Assembly (NCBI GenBank): GCA_040220235.1
Contig: JAVJTO010000135.1
Reading direction: 5' to 3' (one strand)
DNA length: 64,000 nucleotides
Source of the DNA: Coleofasciculus sp. B1-GNL1-01
GTDB taxonomy: Bacteria > Cyanobacteriota > Cyanobacteriia > Cyanobacteriales > Coleofasciculaceae
Numbering within the stretch: position 1 is the first letter of the stretch; each line of letters starts with the position of its first letter. This document shows positions 48,544 to 56,858 of the stretch, one piece after another. Under the pieces are notes generated by a model that had not been told where the DNA came from, did no database searches, and was given only the letters and a program-made list of their open reading frames with translations. Made by a program: the position numbers and the translations under genes.

Positions 48544-48716
48544 ATAGCGTTTTCATTTGGGTCGTGAACACAGGAACCTGGTAAAAAGGCAATGGGCAAT
48601 AGGCAACACCTCGGCTTCGCTCGGTGTTTCATAGGCAATAGGGGAAAGAGATACAGGGTTTTTAAGTAATCTAAGAAAAGATCTCCTAGGTTTACAACTC
48701 ATTGACAAATGCTATA
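48544..48716. mobile_element. MITE with TATAGC-type inverted ends, flanked by an 18-bp direct repeat
   Basis: Ends TATAGCGTTTTCA.../...TGACAAATGCTATA; GTAGGGATCAATTTCGAT at 48526-48543 and 48717-48734. Confidence 0.7.
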
Positions 48717-48831
48717 GTAGGGATCAATTTCGATGTCGGCTAGGATTTCAAAGCCAGCTTGACGGACACCGATATCCATCCCACCTGCACCTGAGAAAAA
48801 AGATAAGGCAGACAACATAAAATGGATACTC

Positions 48832-50742
48832 CTAGGCGGGAACTTCAACTTGCTGATTTCCGGCTAAACCAAATGCCTGGTGAATGGCTTGTAGTGCTGT
48901 TACCCCCTGTTCTTTATTCACCACACAACTAATCTTTATTTCCGAGGTGGTAATCATTTGAATATTAATTTGGTGTTGAGAAAGGGCGGCAAACATCCGC
49001 GCTGCTACGCCTGGTTGTCCAATCATTCCTGCACCAACAATACTAACTTTGGCAATATCGGCATCAAGGAGAACCTCGCCGTACCCTAAAATAGGGGCTG
49101 CCTCCTGGAGAATTTGCTGGGCATTTTCCGCCTCAGCTTGGGCGACGGTAAAGGCAATATCCCGTGTGGGAATTCCATCAATTACTCGACAGCGCTGAGA
49201 TTGAATAATCATATCCACGCTAATGGTTTGCTCGGCTAAAATACTAAATATTCGAGCCGCCATACCCGGACGATCAGGAACATAGCGAATGGCTAAACGG
49301 GCTTGATTCTGGTCAAGAGCAACACCTCGGACAGGGTTTGAATGTAGAGACGTTGCATGCAACGTCTCTACACCGCTATTGGTGGTATCGCTTTTACGAA
49401 ACTTGCCCTGATGCAGTTTTGACCCTTCGCTGGCTGCAAGGGAATTATCAGTTAACTCTGTTGGTAAACGGGCGGGGGAACTTGTAATATTAAACTGGTC
49501 ACACAAAACCGCGATCGCACGATTACAATCCGCCGCATCAATCACACAGCTTACTTTTACCTCAGAGGTGGAAATCATCTGAATATTGATCCCCGCATTT
49601 GCCAGGGTGGTGAACATTTGCGCCGCAATCCCAGGATGTCCAATCATTCCCGCCCCCGCGATCGCGATTTTGGCGATATTCGATTCCACTAAGACTTCCG
49701 CCTCATCCGCACTGGGATTAGTGGGGCTACGGAAAGCAGGTGCGATCGCTTCGGCGACGGCTTCAGCCCGTTTGAGAATACCCTTACTTACACTAAAGGC
49801 AATATCATTCGTATTCCCTTCGTGAATCGACTGGATAATTAAATCCACATCCAACTCTTGACCCGCAATCTCCCCAAACAATTGGGCGGCGACACCGGGA
49901 TGATCCGGAACCCGCAACATTGCCACTTTTGCCTGATCGGTATCAAATTCTACTGCATCAACACAGCGAGAAATTTCTAAACCCTCTAATGAACGGGGTT
50001 GTGGCGTAGGAGAAATCACCTTCGTTCCCGGATCATCCGTCCAACTGGATAATACCACCAAAGGCATCCCGTAATTGCGAGCAATTTCCACCGCACGGGG
50101 ATGCAGTACCTTCGCCCCTAAGCTTGCCAATTCCAGCATCTCATCACAGGTAATCTCGTCCATGAGTTGAGCATCGGAGACTAAGCGCGGATCGGCGGTT
50201 AAAATACCCGGAACATCCGTGTAAATCTCACACCGATCTGCCCCTAATGATGCTGCTAACGCCACGGCTGAGGTATCTGATCCGCCGCGTCCCAAAGTAG
50301 TAATCTCTAAGTCAGTCAGACTACTGATTCCTTGGAATCCTGCGACTACAACCACTTTACCCTCATTGATATGCCGAGAAATCCGTTCGGTGTGGATACT
50401 AAAAATTCGGGCGCGGCTATATTGGGCTTCCGTGACAATACCCACCTGTGCGCCAGTTAGGGAAATTGCGGGTTGTCCTATTTCCTGCAACGCCATCGCT
50501 AGCAGCGCGATGGAAACTTGTTCTCCAGTGGAGAGTAACATATCCATTTCCCGACGGCTGGGATTGGCGGAAATTTCATGAGCCAGTTTGACCAACCCAT
50601 CCGTCGTTTTACCCATGGCTGACACGACGACGACTAAAGAATTACCGGCTTGAACTGTCTTTAATAGGCGTTGGGCAACGGTTTGAATCCGCTCAACTGA
50701 CCCAACCGAGGTTCCACCGTATTTTTGGACAACCAGCACCAT
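48832..50742 (-). CDS. lysC: Aspartate kinase (cyanobacterial four-ACT type)
   Basis: VQKYGGTSV, TTLGRGGSDTSA, repeated ACT domains (MISTSEVK / MITTSEIK). Confidence 0.96.
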   Translation of the reverse strand: MVLVVQKYGGTSVGSVERIQTVAQRLLKTVQAGNSLVVVVSAMGKTTDGLVKLAHEISANPSRREMDMLLSTGEQVSIALLAMALQEIGQPAISLTGAQVGIVTEAQYSRARIFSIHTERISRHINEGKVVVVAGFQGISSLTDLEITTLGRGGSDTSAVALAASLGADRCEIYTDVPGILTADPRLVSDAQLMDEITCDEMLELASLGAKVLHPRAVEIARNYGMPLVVLSSWTDDPGTKVISPTPQPRSLEGLEISRCVDAVEFDTDQAKVAMLRVPDHPGVAAQLFGEIAGQELDVDLIIQSIHEGNTNDIAFSVSKGILKRAEAVAEAIAPAFRSPTNPSADEAEVLVESNIAKIAIAGAGMIGHPGIAAQMFTTLANAGINIQMISTSEVKVSCVIDAADCNRAIAVLCDQFNITSSPARLPTELTDNSLAASEGSKLHQGKFRKSDTTNSGVETLHATSLHSNPVRGVALDQNQARLAIRYVPDRPGMAARIFSILAEQTISVDMIIQSQRCRVIDGIPTRDIAFTVAQAEAENAQQILQEAAPILGYGEVLLDADIAKVSIVGAGMIGQPGVAARMFAALSQHQINIQMITTSEIKISCVVNKEQGVTALQAIHQAFGLAGNQQVEVPA

Positions 50743-51111
50743 AAATGTTGCTCCTACACCTTGTCATTTGTCATTTGTCATTTGTCTTATGTCATTTGTC
50801 AAGAGTCAGGGAACAATTACCCTCCTACCTGATGCAGGTACTCTACTAACTCACAAAATCCGTCGCCTTCTGTAGCGACGGTTACATAAGCGGGTTTATA
50901 GTCCAGCTCATCGGTATAATCCAGAACATTAGCAACGCCCACCGATAGGGGAAATAGCTGGGGGTTAAATAAACTAGCATCGTTAGGACTATCACCCACT
51001 GTCAGCACTTGTTCAGGTTGATACTGGGGAAAATGGTCGCGTAACACTTGGATTAAGCCGATCGCTTTATCCTGAGATCTGGGTTTAATGTGACACTGTA
51101 CCGAACTGTAG

Positions 51112-52501
51112 TTGACACTCCCCCGGTTGAAAACGCGGGGGATTCTTCGTTCATCCAATCACCTTAGAGTATTGATTTTCATCAACACAAAAGAGGGCGA
51201 GTTGTCCCGAAGCGTTTATCCAGTATTCCTGGAATGTTCCCGTGTGCCCCACGGTACGAAGTGCTTCCTTAAGTATGTTTATTGCAGCATTCCAATCACG
51301 GTCTAAAATACACCCGCACTGACATTTATGTGTCCTCATCGAGAGTGATTTCTTCACAACACAACCGCAATTGGAGCAATTTTGAGAGGTGTAGTGAGGT
51401 TTAACGGCAACTGTAGCTACACCAAAAACTTTGCCAAAATACTCAAGCCAGCAACGAAATTCAGACCAAGCCGCATCACTAATAGATTTAGCCAGGTGAT
51501 GATTTTTGACCATGTTCCGCACTTGCAAGTCCTCATAAGCTACCAAGTCGTTAGACCGGACTACGCACAATGCCGTCTTTACCGCAAAGTCTTTACGCTG
51601 CCTACTGACTTTCAAGTGTTTCAATGCTAACTTCTGTTTAGCCTTTTGGTAGTTATTAGATTGAAATTGACCTTTCTTGAACTTTTTAGATACTCGCTTC
51701 TGGAGACGCTTAAGTTGTTTCTCCGATTTCCTTAGAAATCTTGGATTGTCAACTGTCTGTCCGTTAGAGTCAGTATAGAAATGGTTCAACCCAACATCTA
51801 ATCCTACAGTATTGCCCGTTGGTTCCCTGTCCTCTGTCCTGTCATGGTCAATACAGAACTGAGCATAGTAGCCATCGGCGCGGCGCACTACCCTAACTCG
51901 TTTGATTTGGCTTTTTTGGTAGTAGTTTAAGTCACGGGTTCCATAGAGCTTAAATGTTCCGGCTTGAAAACCGTCTGTGAACGTGATGTGGTCACGTTTT
52001 TCTGATAGCTTCCAACCTGAGGTTTTATACTCTAATGAACCATGATTGGGACGGTTCTTTTTGTACTTGGGGTAGCCTTTCTTTCCTTTGATCTGCTTTT
52101 TGCAGTTGTCAAAGAATCGGCTAATGCTAGCCCAGGTTCGCTCAGACATAGCTTGTCGAGCTTGAGAGTTTAGTTTCCTTGCCCAAGGAAACTCTTTACT
52201 TTTGCCAAGAGTTGTACAGTATTTAGAAAAATCGTTGCGACTCTTAGCGTGACCATCTTCCCAATAGCGAAGGCAAGCGTTACGAATAAACAAACCAGTA
52301 AGGATGGCTTCATCGAGCCTTCTGTACTGGTATTCTTTACCCTTTAGCTTACCTTCGTAGACAATCATTTTACCGCAATTGATTTATGGTAGAATCATAA
52401 TACAAGATACCTGACACTCGCAACTAAAGTTGCTAAACTCAACGTATCGCTGGGTTTCATCCCCCGGTTGAAACGTGGGGGAACCTGCACCATCGCGGTT
52501 G
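51112..52501 (-). mobile_element. Non-autonomous IS200/IS605-family (tnpB-only, IS1341-like) element
   Basis: Inserted 3' of TTAC, ends in TCAA, no target duplication; near-identical subterminal hairpins at about 51118-51142 and 52456-52483. Confidence 0.92.
51151..52368 (-). CDS. tnpB: RNA-guided endonuclease TnpB
   Basis: RuvC motifs VGLDVG, AYEDL and DRDWNAAINI; zinc finger CSNCG...CQCG. Confidence 0.95.
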   Translation of the reverse strand: MIVYEGKLKGKEYQYRRLDEAILTGLFIRNACLRYWEDGHAKSRNDFSKYCTTLGKSKEFPWARKLNSQARQAMSERTWASISRFFDNCKKQIKGKKGYPKYKKNRPNHGSLEYKTSGWKLSEKRDHITFTDGFQAGTFKLYGTRDLNYYQKSQIKRVRVVRRADGYYAQFCIDHDRTEDREPTGNTVGLDVGLNHFYTDSNGQTVDNPRFLRKSEKQLKRLQKRVSKKFKKGQFQSNNYQKAKQKLALKHLKVSRQRKDFAVKTALCVVRSNDLVAYEDLQVRNMVKNHHLAKSISDAAWSEFRCWLEYFGKVFGVATVAVKPHYTSQNCSNCGCVVKKSLSMRTHKCQCGCILDRDWNAAINILKEALRTVGHTGTFQEYWINASGQLALFCVDENQYSKVIG

Positions 52502-52760
52502 GTAAATCCCCAGTCCATTGAGATACAAAGGGCGTTGAGGTGTTCGAGTTGCTCCACGCTAAGATTGCGATTATCAAACGTCCAGTCGGTGATCCGAAAG
52601 CGATTGTCAGCGGATTCGTGAAGCTGGGGAAATTCAGATTTGAGACGTTGATAGGTTTGTGCTAACTGTTGGCGATGGGGAGTTATGTCAGCAATTGTAG
52701 ATAAAAAGACAGGTGGGTCACTAATGGCGGGATAATATATCCCGCCATTTTCTGCGATCG

Positions 52761-52800
52761 CGCCGTTCGTAGTGAGCGCTGTCTTCGCTTCCGCCGCGCC
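52761..52800. mobile_element. 40-bp small dispersed element inserted at a HIP1 site
   Basis: Removing it restores CAG GGA GCG ATC GCA GAA (QGAIAE) on the minus strand. Confidence 0.7.
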
Positions 52801-52819
52801 CTCCCTGCACGGGTAAGTA

Positions 52820-53046
52820 GAGGCTGCTGAATAAGTCTTGTGGTGGGGGAAGAGGCAGAAGGCAGAGGGCTCCAGGGCAGAAGGGAAGAGGGTTTAATCC
52901 CACACAGAATCGTTGTCCTGCAAGTGTCTCTCTCGCTATAGTGCTAGTTTTTTGACAAATCCTGTCTTATTTTCTTGCACTTGAGCCGCCGAAAAACTCC
53001 CTCAAAGCATTGATAGATAAGGGTTTCGGAGTTTTGCAGCAAGCCC
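52820..53046. mobile_element. MITE (227 bp) with 6-bp target duplication TAAGTA
   Basis: GAGGCTGCTG...CAGCAAGCCC flanked by TAAGTA at 52814-52819 and 53047-53052. Confidence 0.85.
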
Positions 53047-53306
53047 TAAGTAATTCACCAAACCACTAATCCAGCCTGCGGAACGACCTGTAACAATAAG
53101 CATAGGGATATCTCTGGCTTGTAAATTTTCCAACGCTTGCAGCAACTCCGTACTAAATTTACCCTGTCGTGTTAACGTTCCATCCATATCTGTGGCAATC
53201 AGACGTAGATTTTTCCAGCAATGGGCGGCTATTGCTGAGTTAATCGATGAACAAGCCATAGATTATTGTGTAATGGGTGCTATATCTTGGATTATCAAAA
53301 TTCGTC

Positions 53307-54968
53307 ATGGCAATACTATCACCAGACCAACGCAATTATTATTATCTTCTAGCCGCCGAACGAGCGGGAATTCACAAGCCAATTTTGGCAGCTCTTTATC
53401 AGGTTCATTCGTCTCCGACGCTTGCTGATGGGGAAACGGGATTAGGCATCTCCCCTGCCAATCGGGTATCGCCCGATCAGGTGGATACATTCCCGGAACA
53501 AGTTCAGTATGCTGCTAATGTTATCCGATCGCTAACTGATAGTTTAATTGCTCAGGGACAACCCGGAAATGATTTATGGCTGTCCGAACAGGGACGCTAT
53601 AGTGACAAGTTCCTGCAAAACGTGGCTAGAGGATATGTACCGCCAGCCAGTCAACCGTATATGGCACGTTTAGAACCGAGTAACGTTGAGTCCCTCAAAC
53701 AAGCCTATCTAGCTGATTTAGCCGCCGACTTTAGCAGCGAAAATCTGCCCCAAAACCTTGCCTATCTAGATAAAGCCTTACTGACACTTGTGGATCGACT
53801 GCCAGAGTATTATAGGGGATTACCTCATCAACGGGATGCGTTGGTCGAAGGGGTGCGAGTGTGGCGGGAACTGGATACACGGGATGCGGCGATTGCTTCG
53901 TTAGTGCCAACGGATCAGGTGGAATCAGCGCGTGAGGATGAATCCCGATTGGATATTCCCCTGAAGCAATTTATGGGACGGGTGTCTGCCAACTATAGCG
54001 GTTATCCCCATCAAAGAGAGGCATTGCTGCGCCTAAGTCAACTATGGCGTCAACTGCGAACCCGAGAAGAAGCGATCGCGTCTTTGGAAAAAAGTGCCTC
54101 CCCCGAAGAAGATCTCGATATTATTGATCCGGCGCTAATTGCCTTCGTCGAGCGTATACCGAAGTTCTACCAGGGGCAAGGTAGCCAACGCAATGCCCTC
54201 ACCGAAGGCTTTCGACTCTGGAATCAATTCGACTCCCGCGCCACTGTCTTAAGTCATCTGGGCATTAATCCAGACATCCTGCAAGCGAGTACCACTGATC
54301 CCACCACCATGCAAAAACTGGCAGCGGAACTGGATCGAGAACTGATCAGCTTTGTCGGCAAGATACCCAAAAACTACAAAGAAGAGGACAACCAACGGGA
54401 AGCATTAATCCGGCTGGTGCAACTTTGGCGAGATTTGCCCACCCGAAATCAGGCGGTGCAATCTCTCCTGGACGACCAAAAACGGATGAATGAAGCCCGT
54501 CGCCAAGACCAAGAAGCACCACCCAAGCCGACGCCTATTTTGACGCCTAAACGTCCGGAACGGTGGACACCCTATAATATTCAGCTATTAGCACCAATTA
54601 TTCCCGATGGTAACTTTACCTGGGCAGAAGCTACCCATGGAGGTACACGCATGCCCCCGAACCAAGCTACAGTGGATGCTATGATTCGCATTGCGAAACT
54701 GGCACAACGGGCACGCGATCGCATTGGGCGACCTTTTATCGTCACCAGTTGGTATCGCCCCCCTCACATTAATCGAGCCGTTGGGGGTGCCAAGTATAGT
54801 CGGCATCTGGTGGGAGATGCCATGGATTTTGTGTGTGAAGGGTTAAGTGGTAATCAGATTTATTGGTCTCTGGAACCGTGGTGGCCCGGTGGTTTAGGTC
54901 GCTATAGTCGATTTCCTAATTTGTGCCACATTGATGCTCGCAGCTACCGGGCACGCTGGCGCCACTAA
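53307..54968 (+). CDS. Peptidase M15A (D-Ala-D-Ala carboxypeptidase-like) with repeated helical N-terminal domain
   Basis: VTSWYRP..NRAVGGAKYSRHLVGDAMD...HIDAR; four QR(D/E/N)AL repeats. Confidence 0.88.
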   Translation: MAILSPDQRNYYYLLAAERAGIHKPILAALYQVHSSPTLADGETGLGISPANRVSPDQVDTFPEQVQYAANVIRSLTDSLIAQGQPGNDLWLSEQGRYSDKFLQNVARGYVPPASQPYMARLEPSNVESLKQAYLADLAADFSSENLPQNLAYLDKALLTLVDRLPEYYRGLPHQRDALVEGVRVWRELDTRDAAIASLVPTDQVESAREDESRLDIPLKQFMGRVSANYSGYPHQREALLRLSQLWRQLRTREEAIASLEKSASPEEDLDIIDPALIAFVERIPKFYQGQGSQRNALTEGFRLWNQFDSRATVLSHLGINPDILQASTTDPTTMQKLAAELDRELISFVGKIPKNYKEEDNQREALIRLVQLWRDLPTRNQAVQSLLDDQKRMNEARRQDQEAPPKPTPILTPKRPERWTPYNIQLLAPIIPDGNFTWAEATHGGTRMPPNQATVDAMIRIAKLAQRARDRIGRPFIVTSWYRPPHINRAVGGAKYSRHLVGDAMDFVCEGLSGNQIYWSLEPWWPGGLGRYSRFPNLCHIDARSYRARWRH

Positions 54969-55149
54969 GGGTAACACTCAGCACAAACACCTCTGTTTGC
55001 TGCTACCTTTTTCCAGGACTGTAATTCAAAATCTGCATGGGTGCATCTGTAATTGAAGCAACAAATCGACGGGCCACACAAATCCAGAACAATCTAACAT
55101 TCATGGCGGAGTCCTAGGGGACTTTCGCAAGAGTTGACGACTCGGTACA

Positions 55150-56055
55150 GTGTTTTCCCCACCGACAAAAAATGGCTGTCGGTATACCCCAGCAGATTTA
55201 GCAAGGGCGAGATTGCACCCGATGCACTCCCTGGAAGGCATTCTAGAAATAACTCTTACGTTTTCTCCAGCAGGCATTATGTCCAGTTCGATTATCCCTA
55301 GAGAATCTACATTAGCTCAAGTTTCTCAGCCGTCACCCACGGCTGTCTCTCCTTCACCCCCAAACAATCAGTCTTTCGGATCACCCTGGATGTTTGTCTC
55401 CATGGGACTGTTCTTACTCGTGATCGGCTTATTGGTCTATGGCAAAATGCAATTGAATGCCGTGACGAAAAAGCTTAAATTTGAGCAGTTTAAAACCAAA
55501 GATCTCCAGAAAAAGTTGAAGTTAGCGCTCAACACGATCCGTAAAATGGAAACGAATCCGGATTTGGTTCACTCTCGCGAGTTCAATTTAGACTATCTGC
55601 GATTGCGGATGGAGGAAGAGGTATTCCATTTTGCCATTGTGAATCAAATCAAAATCAAGGTTAAACAAATCATTAGTGTGGCGCTACGACCGAATCAGGC
55701 GACTCAAAGCGCGGTTGGGATTGCTAGTACCACGGGGAGGCAAGTTGATGAACTGTTTGATGTCAAGTACGAGACGGAAAGCAGCGGTAAACGTACCATG
55801 CGAGTGCTGTTCCGGATTCAAATCAAGTTGACGAAATTACCGACTCAAGCCACCTCAGCCACGATTAGCCAGATTATTGATTGTATCGAAACCTTTCTCT
55901 CTCCAGAGGATGAAAGCTGGCAACCCACGATTCAAGGACGAATTGTTTCAATTCATTGGGATCAAAAAGCTAAACCGACTCCTTTACTGGTGCTTCAGCA
56001 GTCTAGTGAGGGGGTGAATGTGACCTTAAGAACTAATCGGGCGCGGATGCACTGA
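55150..56055 (+). CDS. Conserved hypothetical membrane protein (true start probably downstream)
   Basis: TM helix plus coiled coil, HSREFNLDYLRLRM. Confidence 0.7.
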   Translation: MFSPPTKNGCRYTPADLARARLHPMHSLEGILEITLTFSPAGIMSSSIIPRESTLAQVSQPSPTAVSPSPPNNQSFGSPWMFVSMGLFLLVIGLLVYGKMQLNAVTKKLKFEQFKTKDLQKKLKLALNTIRKMETNPDLVHSREFNLDYLRLRMEEEVFHFAIVNQIKIKVKQIISVALRPNQATQSAVGIASTTGRQVDELFDVKYETESSGKRTMRVLFRIQIKLTKLPTQATSATISQIIDCIETFLSPEDESWQPTIQGRIVSIHWDQKAKPTPLLVLQQSSEGVNVTLRTNRARMH

Positions 56056-56244
56056 ACTCATTTCCTGGCTCTCAATCATTAGATAAACTTGCTCAAACTT
56101 CAACGTTGTTCTTAACTCAAATAACTGATGCCACATTTTTTCAATTTTAGAATGTTATCAATGGTGACAATCGTCACAGGACTAGAATAACTTGTGATAA
56201 TTTTTTCCGGTTCAACGATACCAGATGCAGTCGGCGGCGTTGGG

Positions 56245-56538
56245 TTAAGCGACTTGTTGACTACAAGCAGGATGCGCCGTCAAAAACTTTGGGTTGTAGT
56301 ATTTCACCCCTAGTTTATCCAATGTTGCGATCGCGCTATCCATGGCTTCCTTAATCCAATCATTTGGATCAGGTGACTTTGCACTGAGTTGGTAATCCGT
56401 TACATGAGGTTCGCACTCATCGGGATCATAGGTTCCGGAAGCTCGGCAAATACACACGTAGATGGTGTTATCAACATCTGGATTTGGCATCTCAATTCTG
56501 ATGTAGTGATTCAGATAGAGCAAGGTTGACATGAACAT
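56245..56538 (-). CDS. Hypothetical protein
   Basis: 97-aa ORF with a GGAG-like RBS upstream. Confidence 0.5.
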   Translation of the reverse strand: MFMSTLLYLNHYIRIEMPNPDVDNTIYVCICRASGTYDPDECEPHVTDYQLSAKSPDPNDWIKEAMDSAIATLDKLGVKYYNPKFLTAHPACSQQVA

Positions 56539-56858
56539 GAGCCTAATCTCTCCGTCTTTGCTAAAGGGATTTACATCTCTTAATTAATATTACTTTTATT
56601 TTTATTCAATCCCCATATTTTCGCTTCCGCCAAATTTTCTGATTATTTTGTGTACTTTGGCGGATTGACAAAGGTTCCATTTTTAGCTATCGGAATTGGA
56701 GTTTATATTTTTTGATATTACTAAAAAAAAATCAATATATTTTCGGTAAACTAAAAATTATATAACAAAACTTAATTAATGCAGCACAGTATCCCCACGT
56801 TGAGAGATGAGCTTCAGACGCACACCGTCAAATCAACCTAGTGCAGCAGGGGAGAAAT

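Larger units (their letters stand above)
50817..53259 (-). pseudogene. HAD-IIB family hydrolase interrupted by three insertions
   Basis: The segments ATDMDGTL...VTGRSAGW...VNY | LPVQG | AIAENGG...DWGFT | YSSVQCHIKP...VGDSPND rejoin into one ORF. Confidence 0.9.

Noticed and set aside
50817..51158. 113-aa stand-alone ORF
   Set aside because: It is a chimera of the IS right end and the HAD C-terminus.
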